The notes: generated by a model from the sequence alone, not told the origin. Positions 1-8,981 are shown, counted from the stretch's first letter. The stretch: 64,000 nucleotides of DNA from Smithella sp. (GCA_035524255.1 DATKPG010000017.1:4886-68885), one strand, 5' to 3'. Translations and numbers: made by a program.

Positions 1-215
1 TGTTTTAAATCGGAGCAAACAAAACTCAAAGGTTCTTTTCTATTTCTTTTTTTTATTTCATAAATCTTTTCAATTCCCTTTTTGTTGGACAAATCACAGC
101 CTAAGCCGTAAACTGTGTCGGTAGGATAAATAACTATCCCGCCCTGACGCAGTATTTCCGCGGCCTTTTTAATGAGGCGCGTCTGCGGATTCTGGCTGTT
201 AATAGACAACAACAT
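1..215 (-). CDS. L-threonylcarbamoyladenylate synthase family protein (YrdC/Sua5 domain), N-terminal part; runs off the window start
   Basis: Own minus-strand translation from the ATG at 215: MLLSINSQNPQTRLIKKAAEILRQGGIVIYPTDTVYGLGCDLSNKKGIEKIYEIKKRNRKEPLSFVCSDLK. The YPTDTVYGLGCD and K-x-R...PL motifs are typical of the YrdC domain. It is absent from the ORF track because no stop lies inside the window. Confidence 0.7.
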   Translation of the reverse strand, partial: MLLSINSQNPQTRLIKKAAEILRQGGIVIYPTDTVYGLGCDLSNKKGIEKIYEIKKRNRKEPLSFVCSDLK

Positions 216-392
216 TTTTTGAGCTTCCTGATAAATCTTTAATTAATAAAAGGTATATATATCAAGAAACAGACACTTTCGCAATGAAAGCTTCAGGAAT
301 AGAAAAGAAAGCCACAAATTTTAATTATACCATACCGTCCGGGATCTGCTGCCTGACAGACGTCAGATCCCCAAAAAGGAGGAGACTTTGCC

Positions 393-1976
393 CTATTTTA
401 CGGCCAGATTGTCTTTGCTTAGCTTATATTCTATACTATCAACCAGAGCCTGCCAGCTGGCCTCTATAATATTTTCAGAGACACCTATGGTGCTCCAGAG
501 TTCTTCACCATCCGTCGAATCCAGAAGCACTCTGACGCCGGCGGCTGTCCCTTCCGAACCTTCCAGCGTGCGCACTTTAAAATCAACCAGACGCATTTCC
601 CTGATTTGCGGATAAAATTTTGTAAGCGCTTTGCGCAGAGCGTGATCCAGAGCGTTCACAGGACCGTTGCCTTCGGCGGCCGTCAACTCCTCTTCGCCCG
701 CGACGGATATTTTAATGGTTGCCTGAGAAAGACACGGGTTATTTTCCGTGCGCGAAGTAATGACACTGAAAGTTTCCAGGTTAAAGGGTTCGATAAATTC
801 TCCGATTGTTTTTTTAATCAGCAGGGAAAGAGATCCGTCGGCAGCGTCAAACTGGAAACCGCGATCTTCCATCAGCTTGACTTCATGCACGATCTTTTTA
901 CTGATAGCGTCATTTTTACCGAGATCAATGCCTAATTCTTTGGCTTTATATTCAACATTGCTTTTTCCCGACAAATCGGAAACAAGGACGCGCCGTCGGT
1001 TGCCTACCAATTCCGGTTGAATATGCTCATAGGCTTTGGAGTTTTTGGCCACGGCGCTGACATGCACTCCGCCCTTGTGCGCAAAAGCGCTGCGTCCTAC
1101 AAATGGCCGCGCGTTAAGTGGCGGGACGTTGGCTACATCGCTCACGAAATGAGAGAGATTGGTTAGTTGCCGGATTGATTCCGGAGGCAGACAATTTTTA
1201 CCAAGTTTTAATTGTAAATTGGCAATCAGGGAAATCAAGTCGGCGTTGCCGCATCTTTCACCGTAACCATTTATGGTGCCCTGAATCATTTTCACGCCTT
1301 CCTGCACAGCGGCAATGGAATTGGCAACGGCAAGACCTCCGTCATTATGCGTGTGGATCGCGATAATGTTTAATGGAATATGTGATGAAATATTCCTGAC
1401 GATTTCACTGATCTCATGCGGCATACAACCGCCGTTGGTATCGCAAAGAACAATCATATCGGCGCCGGCGGCAAGCGCTGTTTTTACGACCTTTGTCGTG
1501 TAGCGGGGATTGTTTTTATATCCATCGAAAAAATGCTCAGCGTCAAAAAGAACCTCTTTGCCCATGGATTTTAGATATTCAATAGAATCGGCAATCATGG
1601 CAATGTTTTCATTGAGGTCAGTTTTAAGAATTTCAGTTACATGTAAATCCCACGATTTTCCGACAATGGCGCCTGCGGAAGTGCCTGCTTTTATCAAAGC
1701 CTTTAGATTGGGACACGATTCCGTTTTAGTATGCGGGCGTCTTGTGCTGCCAAAGGCGGTCAGGCGCGAATTTTTAAATTTATAAGTTTTGGCCATTTCA
1801 AAAAAACGAATATCTTTCGGATTGGAGCCTGGCCAGCCACCTTCAATATAGTCAAAATGAGCATCATCAAGACGCTGGGCAATGCGTAATTTTTCTTCCG
1901 CCGAAAAATTTGTTTGCTCCCCCTGTGTGCCATCTCTTAGTGTTGTATCGTAAACCAGTACTTTATTTTTTGTCAT
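393..1976 (-). CDS. cimA: (R)-citramalate synthase (LeuA/CimA family, long form with C-terminal regulatory domain)
   Basis: 527 aa. The N-terminus VYDTTLRDGTQGE...YIEGGWPGSNPKD and the HTHND motif belong to the HMGL-like/DRE-TIM aldolase fold. Length and N-terminus resemble Geobacter-type CimA rather than the classical LeuA. Confidence 0.75.
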   Translation of the reverse strand: MTKNKVLVYDTTLRDGTQGEQTNFSAEEKLRIAQRLDDAHFDYIEGGWPGSNPKDIRFFEMAKTYKFKNSRLTAFGSTRRPHTKTESCPNLKALIKAGTSAGAIVGKSWDLHVTEILKTDLNENIAMIADSIEYLKSMGKEVLFDAEHFFDGYKNNPRYTTKVVKTALAAGADMIVLCDTNGGCMPHEISEIVRNISSHIPLNIIAIHTHNDGGLAVANSIAAVQEGVKMIQGTINGYGERCGNADLISLIANLQLKLGKNCLPPESIRQLTNLSHFVSDVANVPPLNARPFVGRSAFAHKGGVHVSAVAKNSKAYEHIQPELVGNRRRVLVSDLSGKSNVEYKAKELGIDLGKNDAISKKIVHEVKLMEDRGFQFDAADGSLSLLIKKTIGEFIEPFNLETFSVITSRTENNPCLSQATIKISVAGEEELTAAEGNGPVNALDHALRKALTKFYPQIREMRLVDFKVRTLEGSEGTAAGVRVLLDSTDGEELWSTIGVSENIIEASWQALVDSIEYKLSKDNLAVK

Positions 1977-1991
1977 TTTCTCCTCGCTTTC

Positions 1992-2026
1992 AAAAAAAAA
2001 CCGCTACCGGGTTTGCCTGGCAGCGG
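1992..2026 (-). terminator. Intrinsic terminator/attenuator hairpin immediately upstream of the cimA RBS
   Basis: The minus strand reads CCGCTGCCAGGCAAACCCGGTAGCGG followed by TTTTTTTTT, then GAAAGCGAGGAGAAA-ATG(cimA). The stem is 8 bp with one G-U pair and is followed by a 9-T run. Confidence 0.6.
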
Positions 2027-2054
2027 ATCAAAATTCGTTTATTTAGAGTTGATA

Positions 2055-2135
2055 CTATTCCGCGACCCGGCCTCCTATGAAGAAGCTAATTATAATATTG
2101 CTAATTATTATTTCGCGAAAATTCATTGTCATCAT
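2055..2135 (-). CDS. Putative Ile-rich leader peptide (26 aa) of a cimA attenuator
   Basis: Own translation gives MMTMNFREIIISNIIISFFIGGRVAE*. It has 7 Ile codons, 6 of them within an 8-codon stretch. It lies between a consensus promoter and the terminator hairpin. No strong Shine-Dalgarno sequence was seen. Confidence 0.5.
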   Translation of the reverse strand: MMTMNFREIIISNIIISFFIGGRVAE

Positions 2136-2163
2136 TGTATTATTCGATTTCCAACTTTCTTGT

Positions 2164-2192
2164 ATAATAGATTTATAAAAGCTATTTGTCAA
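2164..2192 (-). promoter_or_regulatory. Sigma70-type promoter for the cimA leader
   Basis: The minus strand reads TTGACA-17 nt-TATTAT. On the plus strand the -35 is tgtcaa at 2187-2192 and the -10 is ataata at 2164-2169. Confidence 0.55.
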
Positions 2193-2314
2193 CAGAAATA
2201 ATTCTTTAATTAAATACACCCGGCTGTCAAAGAGGCGTCGTAAAACATCTTACTCACGATTAAACTGATTGTATCATAGATTATACTTATAAAATTTGAT
2301 GAGGCGATCGGGCA

Positions 2315-3307
2315 TCAACGAAATTTGATTTTTTCTAAGCCTGAAAAAACAGCTTTCCCTTCCTGCCAGTGAAAACCGATAATGGAAATGTTAATTCTTT
2401 GGAGTTCATCCGCATAATGACTCATTTTGTCTTCCGGCAGAACCAGGACGGGATGGGGTCTTAGCGCGGCATCGGACGTCTGCAAAAGCAATTTCCCGGC
2501 GGCGGCAAACAAAGCATTTTCTTTTGTGTCCGTTAAAACTTCAAAAATATGAGAAATTCTGTTTTCAGAAGTATTAACCGTGAAAAGTTCATTCTCCGTA
2601 TCGTTGCCAATTTTGACTTTTTGCTTTTGAAGCCAAGCGGCCAGTTCGCTGATCACCAGTTCACGGTCGCACGCGGAAACGATTTCATCCTCCGCCGAAG
2701 GAATTGTGCTGCCGATCAAATCTTCCCGGAAAGTCATCTCGGAAAAATTAATTTCCATTTGCGTGGTCGTGGCCACAGCAGACTTCAGCATTTCAATTTT
2801 TTTCACAAATTGAGCAGCCTGAAGGGCGAAGCGTTCGGATTTCAGGTCGCCTATCACGGCAACCTGACTGATGGAATCTCCGTCCTCCATATAGGACCAG
2901 ACGCCGCGGTAGTTATGCTCAAAAAGCGATTTACCGATACCCTTTTTTCCGCCGCCGATTTTTCCCCGGTGAATTACAAACATATTGCCCCACGCGTCTT
3001 CGGCAAACGCGCCTCCTGTTTTTCGATCAATCTGAGCCCAGGGGAAATTAATTTCGGAAGCAATGGAGAGAACACCGGAGGCGCCCGGCTTACCCACACC
3101 GAAGGCATTCCAATACCGGACATCTTTTACTGCGCGTGAAAACTTCCAGATGCCAAGACTTTTTGACCAGTGCACTCTCGCAGGGAAACCCGCGCCCTGA
3201 TGCCCAAGCTTTACTTTTATATCTTCATCAATAAAGGGCTTGAACTTTTTATTGAATTGTCCGGCATACTTTTTGATAGCCCGTTGATCCGCGATTACTT
3301 TGAGCAT
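2315..3307 (-). CDS. Hypothetical protein, 330 aa, no recognised family
   Basis: Long ORF with normal codon texture. It appears to have two domains: an N-terminal part with the Gly/Lys loop HRGKIGGGKKGIGKSLF, and a C-terminal part of about 130 aa. It sits alone between the cimA leader and the ABC-2 operon. Confidence 0.6.
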   Translation of the reverse strand: MLKVIADQRAIKKYAGQFNKKFKPFIDEDIKVKLGHQGAGFPARVHWSKSLGIWKFSRAVKDVRYWNAFGVGKPGASGVLSIASEINFPWAQIDRKTGGAFAEDAWGNMFVIHRGKIGGGKKGIGKSLFEHNYRGVWSYMEDGDSISQVAVIGDLKSERFALQAAQFVKKIEMLKSAVATTTQMEINFSEMTFREDLIGSTIPSAEDEIVSACDRELVISELAAWLQKQKVKIGNDTENELFTVNTSENRISHIFEVLTDTKENALFAAAGKLLLQTSDAALRPHPVLVLPEDKMSHYADELQRINISIIGFHWQEGKAVFSGLEKIKFR

Positions 3308-3360
3308 GAATTATCATTCCCCTGAATCGTAATGAAGCAATACTACAAAATAATCTCCGA

Positions 3361-4482
3361 CTAATCCAGCCGTTTTTTAAAGCGGCTGATCGCGCCTGTA
3401 AAAACGATTGTTCCCAATACGCTCAGCGCCAGATATTGAGGCCACAGTATATCCAGACCCACTCCCTTGAGAAAAATATTCCGCAGAACAACCAGAAAAT
3501 ATCTCAGCGGATTGAGATAAGTCAGCCATTGCACAACTTCGGGCATATTGGAAATGGGAAAAACAAAACCGCTGAGCATAAAAAACGGCAAAATGAAAAA
3601 GAACGATGTCATCATGGCCTGCTGCTTAGTCGCGGATATTGTTGATATAAAGAGTCCTATCCCCAGGGTGCTGAGTAAGAACAAGCATGTAGCTGCAAAA
3701 AGCAGTAAAAAACTCCCGTTGAATGGTATCTCAAACCAGTAAACGGCTACTCCCGTGACCGCCACCATCTGGCCCAGAGCGATAATAATATAGGGAATGG
3801 TTTTACCGATAATAAATTCATATGATTTCAGAGGGGTCACTATTAATTGTTCCATCGTACCATCTTCTTTTTCCCTGATGATGGCGATGGATGTCAGAAT
3901 AAAAGCGGTAACCATGATTAAAACAGCGACAATTCCGGGAACAAAAAAGTACTGGCTATTGAGATTAGGGTTATACCACGTTCTAATGCGCCCATCTATT
4001 TTGCCATATTTCATGGTCCGAAGATATATTTTGCGCAACTCTTCGCTGTTAAATTTATCCAGAACCGACGCGGTATCAGCCACTCTCACGGAAGCCATGT
4101 TGCTCATGGAGCCGTCAACAAGAATCTGCACCGGGGCTGTTTGTCCTTTTCTGATTAAAGACGCGAAATCCTGGCCGATTTTAATACCCATATCCACTTT
4201 ATCCCGCAACAACAATTCAGCCATCTGTTGTTCATTAGCCACGTTATTTGTGACATGGAATATTTTGCCGCCGGTAAAGCTCTCGATAAGTTTTCGGCTC
4301 TCGGAGGTTTTGGAATAATCAAGAACAGCTACGCGAATATTGGTGATATCATAATTGACGACATAACCGAATATGAGCATTTGAATAAAGGGAAAAATAA
4401 ACATCATCATGCGGTTTCGCCTGTCGCCTAGAAGCTGAATAAATTCCTTGCGCACCAGTTCTCTGATTCTGAGCCAGCTCAT
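3361..4482 (-). CDS. ABC-2 type transporter permease (YbhS/YbhR-like)
   Basis: The N-terminal LRIRELVRKEFIQL motif, large periplasmic loop and C-terminal multi-TM region are typical of the ABC2_membrane_3 family. The start is set at the MSWLRI ATG (4482), which overlaps the upstream stop as ATGA. The track ORF extends to 4563. Confidence 0.8.
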   Translation of the reverse strand: MSWLRIRELVRKEFIQLLGDRRNRMMMFIFPFIQMLIFGYVVNYDITNIRVAVLDYSKTSESRKLIESFTGGKIFHVTNNVANEQQMAELLLRDKVDMGIKIGQDFASLIRKGQTAPVQILVDGSMSNMASVRVADTASVLDKFNSEELRKIYLRTMKYGKIDGRIRTWYNPNLNSQYFFVPGIVAVLIMVTAFILTSIAIIREKEDGTMEQLIVTPLKSYEFIIGKTIPYIIIALGQMVAVTGVAVYWFEIPFNGSFLLLFAATCLFLLSTLGIGLFISTISATKQQAMMTSFFFILPFFMLSGFVFPISNMPEVVQWLTYLNPLRYFLVVLRNIFLKGVGLDILWPQYLALSVLGTIVFTGAISRFKKRLD

Positions 4483-5612
4483 AGCCCTTCCTTTTTCAAC
4501 AATCTGAAGTTTAAAAATGTCAGCACCACAAACATCACGAACAAAACCAGCATGCTCGGCCATAAATAGTCGATCCCCAGATTCCGCAGATAGATTCCCG
4601 ATAAAATATCAATAAAATATCTCGCCGGAACAACCCACGTTATGAGTTGCAAAAATTTCGGCATATTGATTACCGGAAAAACAAAGTTGGAAAGAAGAAG
4701 CGACGGCAGATAGGTCGTTAAAATGGCTATCTGGTTGGCCATCATCTGTGATTTTGTCAAATTGGAAATCCAAAGCCCGAGCGATAAAGCGACACATAAA
4801 TAAAGAGAGGACGATGCCAGCATCAGCCAGAAATTTCCTTTCATCACGATGCCAAACAGTAATTGTCCCAGCAGAATCGATATCAACACATCCGTAAGCC
4901 CGATGAGAAAATAAGGAATAGCTTTGCCCAGAAGTAATTCTCCTGCCCTGACCGGCATGGATTTGATGGTTTCCATTGTGCCGTTTTCATATTCTCGGGC
5001 AATGATCAAAGACGTGAGAAGCGCGCCGACAATCATAATGATGACAGCTATTATTCCGGGAAGAATAAAATTACGGCTTTCCAAATCTTCATTAAACCAG
5101 ATGCGGATGCGTCCGTCCACCGGAGGTTTTATTTGTTCCTGCCCATTTCGGTTGAGAAAGTTTATCAGCATCTTTTGATTATACTGCTCGGTAAATGAGG
5201 TGATATAACCGCGAACGATATTGGCAAAAGTCGGGTCGCTGCCGTCAATAATAATTTGAACTGGTGTTTCCCGGTCGGCTTCCATGCTCTTCATAAAATC
5301 GGGCGGAATTACAATAACTAATTTTGCCCGGTCATGATCGAGATAACCAATCGCATCCTTTGTCCGGGGCAATAGTCCGGCGACATGAAAATAAGAAGAG
5401 GCGTCCAATTTACGGATAAAATCGCGGCTTAATTCGGATTTGTCGTAATCGACAAATATCGTTTCCACGTTATCCACATCGAGACTTAGAGCATATCCGA
5501 AAAGAATAATCAGCAAAAGCGGTATGGCAAAAGCCAGATAAAGGCTGCGGTAATCACGGATTAAATGATAAAATTCCTTGCGGATTATGGCTTTGAGTCT
5601 TATGAATTTCAA
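4479..5612 (-). CDS. ABC-2 type transporter permease (YbhR/YbhS-like)
   Basis: 377 aa, paralogous to the downstream permease (IIRKEFYHLIRD..., multi-TM C-terminal half). It overlaps the neighbouring genes by 4 nt. Confidence 0.8.
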   Translation of the reverse strand: MKFIRLKAIIRKEFYHLIRDYRSLYLAFAIPLLLIILFGYALSLDVDNVETIFVDYDKSELSRDFIRKLDASSYFHVAGLLPRTKDAIGYLDHDRAKLVIVIPPDFMKSMEADRETPVQIIIDGSDPTFANIVRGYITSFTEQYNQKMLINFLNRNGQEQIKPPVDGRIRIWFNEDLESRNFILPGIIAVIIMIVGALLTSLIIAREYENGTMETIKSMPVRAGELLLGKAIPYFLIGLTDVLISILLGQLLFGIVMKGNFWLMLASSSLYLCVALSLGLWISNLTKSQMMANQIAILTTYLPSLLLSNFVFPVINMPKFLQLITWVVPARYFIDILSGIYLRNLGIDYLWPSMLVLFVMFVVLTFLNFRLLKKEGL

Positions 5613-6364
5613 GTCTTGTCCCTCTTCATCAATGTTATAAAAGCGTCATTGAGATCGGCCTCGGGTTGGTCCGGGCAGGCTCCGGCAATAATTTCAGCGG
5701 GGCTGCCCGAAGCCACGATATTACCGGCATTGATCATAACGATTCTTTCGCAAAAACGCGCTTCATCCATGTAATGCGTGGTGACAAATATAGTCATTCC
5801 GCCACGCACAAGTTGCCTGATGAAATTCCAGAAATGCTGCCTTGTAACGGGATCGACTCCCGAAGTCGGTTCATCCAGAAACAGGATATCCGGTTTATGT
5901 AACAGCGAACAACCCAGCGCGAGTCTCTGACGCCATCCCTGCGGCAATTCCCGGGTTTTACGGTTACGGACCTTCTGCAACTGCGCCATGTCCAGTACCC
6001 AGTCAATACGCTCGGGCCACTGTGATCGCGGAATATTATAGACCCCGAGATAAAAGCGTAAATTTTCAAAAGGCGTTAAATCTTCATAAAGAGAGAATTT
6101 CTGCGACATGTAACCTATGGAATGTTTTATGTCTTCCGATTCAGTCATAATGTCATGCCCGGCAACAAATCCCCCGCCGGATGTCGGAGTTATTATTCCG
6201 CAAAGCATGCGAATGGTGGTGGATTTTCCGGAACCGTTCGCGCCCAGAAAACCGAATATTTCACCCTTCTTTACGGAGAACGTGATTTTGTTAACCGCGA
6301 CAAACGCGCCGAATTTTTTTTCCAGATCAGTTACGGAAATGGAATCAGATGAGGAAAGTGTCAT
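5609..6364 (-). CDS. ABC transporter ATP-binding protein
   Basis: Walker A is GANGSGKST and Walker B is ILFLDEPTSGVD, with H-loop TTHYMDEA. Confidence 0.85.
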   Translation of the reverse strand: MTLSSSDSISVTDLEKKFGAFVAVNKITFSVKKGEIFGFLGANGSGKSTTIRMLCGIITPTSGGGFVAGHDIMTESEDIKHSIGYMSQKFSLYEDLTPFENLRFYLGVYNIPRSQWPERIDWVLDMAQLQKVRNRKTRELPQGWRQRLALGCSLLHKPDILFLDEPTSGVDPVTRQHFWNFIRQLVRGGMTIFVTTHYMDEARFCERIVMINAGNIVASGSPAEIIAGACPDQPEADLNDAFITLMKRDKT

Positions 6365-7118
6365 GGGCCAGTTCTCCGTCCGCGTCCTTAATTCGTTCTA
6401 TGATTGCCTCTTCCAGCGTCTTAAAACTTCCGCGAATAACTGCCGGGGCCGCCATATCCAGAAGGACGGAATTATGCATCAATCCCAGAGAGCCGCACTT
6501 TTCGCCTTCATCCAGGTAGGCCGTCGAGACGATAATCGTCATGCCCTCTTTTTGCATATTGCCCAGTATTTCCCAGAATTCATGACGCGATACCGGATCA
6601 ACGCCATTGGTCGGTTCGTCAAGAATCAGCAGTTGCGGCTCATGCACCAGCACGCAGGCCAGCCCCAGCTTCTGCTTCATGCCTCCCGAAAGATCGCCGG
6701 CCAGCCTGTTCGTAAACGGCAGAAGATTGGAAAATCCCAGATATTTATCCCGGCGTGTTCTTCGTTCCTGGCGCGGCACATCAAAAATATCCATGAAAAA
6801 CTGCATGTTCTCTTCAACCGTCAGGTCCTGATACAAGCCGAACCGCTGAGGCATATATCCGATAATGTTTTTTACTCTTTGCTTTTCGGAAATGACGTTG
6901 AGGCCGTCAATATATATTTCTCCAAGCAAAGGTTTAATCATGGTGGCAATAAGCCTTAAAAGCGTCGATTTGCCGGCGCCATCGGAGCCTACCAACCCCA
7001 AAACATCGCCTCTGGCGACAGTCAATGAAACATCTTTTACCGCTTCAACGCTGTTGAAACGCATCGTGACATTTTTGACTTCCACCATTGGCAGTGAATT
7101 TTCCGGTACGGCAGCCAT
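6345..7118 (-). CDS. ABC transporter ATP-binding protein
   Basis: Walker A is GSDGAGKST, the signature is LSGGMKQKLGL and Walker B is LLILDEPTNGVD. The start is uncertain, with ATGs at 7175, 7148, 7118 and 7088. I chose 7118 because it lies just downstream of the HlyD stop at 7129. Confidence 0.8.
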   Translation of the reverse strand: MAAVPENSLPMVEVKNVTMRFNSVEAVKDVSLTVARGDVLGLVGSDGAGKSTLLRLIATMIKPLLGEIYIDGLNVISEKQRVKNIIGYMPQRFGLYQDLTVEENMQFFMDIFDVPRQERRTRRDKYLGFSNLLPFTNRLAGDLSGGMKQKLGLACVLVHEPQLLILDEPTNGVDPVSRHEFWEILGNMQKEGMTIIVSTAYLDEGEKCGSLGLMHNSVLLDMAAPAVIRGSFKTLEEAIIERIKDADGELAHDTFLI

Positions 7119-7128
7119 CAGAGCCTCT

Positions 7129-8142
7129 CTATTGGCGTAACCAGGCATCTGCCGGCATTCCCGCCTTAAGCTCAAACTTCGGATTTAGGATGGACACCTT
7201 AACCAGATACACCAGCTTTACTCGTTCTTTTTTTGTTTGTATAATTTTTGGCGTAAATTCGCCTTCAGGCGAAACAAAAGACACATATCCCATATAGGTT
7301 TTGCCCGGGAAGGTATCTACCTTTACATCCACTTTCTGGCCGGGCGCAACTTTGCCGATTTCCGTTTCATCAACAAATATTTTCAGATCAACACGGGCAA
7401 GTTCGGAAATAGTGAGGACTTCTCTTCCGGGTGTCACCGTTTCGCCCGGTTCAACATTTCTACTGGTTAGAATGCCGTCTGTGGGCGATTTTAATTGTGT
7501 GTAATCCAATTGGATGGCCGCTTCATTCAATGACGCGGATGATGCGTTTATTTGCGCGGCCGCGGCTGCGATATCTTGTTTCACGGCATCTATTTTTGTT
7601 AAATTACCTTCGGCCAGTTTCAGCTCGGATTCACTTTCAGACAGACGCGATTTGGCCACATCATATGCTAATTTCATGCTGTCTCGTTCTTTTTCTGTGA
7701 CCACACTCTTGCCGAACAACTCTTCGAAACGATTGTAGTTCTTTTCCGCATCCTTTAAAGTGTCCTTTGCGCTTTGCACGGAAGCCTGGGCTCTGGTAAC
7801 TTCCTGGGGAAGAGTTTTCCTGCTTATTTCCAGTTCTGTCTCCAGTTGATCTCTTGTTTTTTTCGCCCGTTCCAGATTCGCTTTGGCTTGCGCTTGACGT
7901 GATTCAAATTCCTCACGGTCAAGCTGGGCTATAATCTGATTTTTATAAACGGGCTGACCCTCCTGAACAAAGACCTGCGCCACACGCCCGGGAACCTGGA
8001 AAGACATATTCGCCTGCGTGGTTTCAATAGTACCGGAATAATAGAGCTCTTTTTTCTGATTATTTTTCTGGCCGAAATAAACAAGCAAGCCAACCGTAAC
8101 AAAGAGAATGATAAAAACGATAATAATGATTCTTTTTTTCAA
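7129..8142 (-). CDS. HlyD-family periplasmic adaptor (YbhG-like)
   Basis: It has an N-terminal TM anchor, a long coiled-coil (QAQAKANLERAKK...) and a C-terminal beta-barrel motif typical of HlyD_D23 adaptors. It is the first structural gene of the ABC-2 operon. Confidence 0.8.
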   Translation of the reverse strand: MKKRIIIIVFIILFVTVGLLVYFGQKNNQKKELYYSGTIETTQANMSFQVPGRVAQVFVQEGQPVYKNQIIAQLDREEFESRQAQAKANLERAKKTRDQLETELEISRKTLPQEVTRAQASVQSAKDTLKDAEKNYNRFEELFGKSVVTEKERDSMKLAYDVAKSRLSESESELKLAEGNLTKIDAVKQDIAAAAAQINASSASLNEAAIQLDYTQLKSPTDGILTSRNVEPGETVTPGREVLTISELARVDLKIFVDETEIGKVAPGQKVDVKVDTFPGKTYMGYVSFVSPEGEFTPKIIQTKKERVKLVYLVKVSILNPKFELKAGMPADAWLRQ

Positions 8143-8215
8143 CGCCTACCCTCCGTTTAATTTTTACTTCGCAATATTATCTTTGCTGTCTGTCCGGATT
8201 TTTTTATAATATTGT

Positions 8216-8845
8216 TTATTGCCTTATAGCCTTGAGCACCAGATTCGCCACCTCTTCCCCAAGCATTCCTTTTATTTTTTTATCATTAGCCTTGAGCGTG
8301 GCGGGCAGCCATAATTGCCTGTCCTTTATCGGCTGTGCCTGTTTATAAAGAATAATCGTACCTACAATCATCATATGGATAAGAAATGGCACAGTTTCAA
8401 TAAATACTCCTTTTTGTTTTCCTTCATCGAGAATGCCAACTAAAATAGTCAGGACCGAAGCTATATCCTCGATAACAACACGCGGAAGTGTTGCGCCGCC
8501 GGAAGCAACTTCCCGCATCATAATCGACGGGAATTCTGGATTTTTATCCACATTCGATGCGATGCCGTTTATATAAGCCTTAAGCTTTTCTTCGGGTGAA
8601 TCCACTTGGGCTACTGCCCTAGCAATATTTTGGGCGGTATTACCCACAACCTGATGAATGACGTTAGTATATAAAGTATCCTTATCGCCAATCTGATAAT
8701 AGATCGTTGCCTTGTTCACGCCGGCCCGCTGGGCAATTTCATCTATGTGCGCCCCATTATAGCCCTTCTCGGCAAAAATTGTCTTCGCCGCGATAAGAAT
8801 ACGTTCAATGGTTTTATTTGATTTTTCTTTACGTATATCCTTCAT
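8216..8845 (-). CDS. TetR/AcrR family transcriptional regulator
   Basis: The N-terminal HTH is ILIAAKTIFAEKGYNGAHIDEIAQRAGVNKATIYYQIGDK. It lies upstream of and co-directional with the efflux operon. Confidence 0.85.
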   Translation of the reverse strand: MKDIRKEKSNKTIERILIAAKTIFAEKGYNGAHIDEIAQRAGVNKATIYYQIGDKDTLYTNVIHQVVGNTAQNIARAVAQVDSPEEKLKAYINGIASNVDKNPEFPSIMMREVASGGATLPRVVIEDIASVLTILVGILDEGKQKGVFIETVPFLIHMMIVGTIILYKQAQPIKDRQLWLPATLKANDKKIKGMLGEEVANLVLKAIRQ

Positions 8846-8897
8846 TTATCGAAAACTCCGGTAATAGCTGATTGCAGGAATATTTTTCTTTCCGACA

Positions 8898-8923
8898 GTT
8901 ATTTAACTAAACGGTTATTTAAA
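8898..8923. promoter_or_regulatory. Direct repeat GTTATTTAA(C/A)-6 nt-GTTATTTAA(A), candidate TetR operator
   Basis: Two 9-10 nt copies sit at 8898-8907 and 8914-8923, in the 5' UTR between the predicted promoter and the TetR start. Confidence 0.3.
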
Positions 8924-8934
8924 CCTCTTGGTTA

Positions 8935-8964
8935 ATTTTAAATAAAGATATGGGGTATTGTCAA
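8935..8964 (-). promoter_or_regulatory. Sigma70-type promoter of the TetR/efflux operon
   Basis: The minus strand reads TTGACA-18 nt-TAAAAT. Confidence 0.45.
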
Positions 8965-8981
8965 GATATTTTTAACACTTT

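Noticed and set aside
2013-3139. Plus-strand ORFs 2013-2201 (62 aa) and 2549-3139 (196 aa)
   Set aside because: The first lies over the cimA leader, promoter and attenuator, which are read on the other strand. The second is antisense to the longer 330-aa ORF. Neither has an RBS or a recognisable motif.
6117-6959. 280-aa plus-strand ORF spanning the junction of the two ABC ATPase genes
   Set aside because: It is antisense to two ORFs with unmistakable Walker A/B and signature motifs. Its own translation has no motifs and is Arg/Phe/Ser-rich, as expected for the reverse frame of a real gene.
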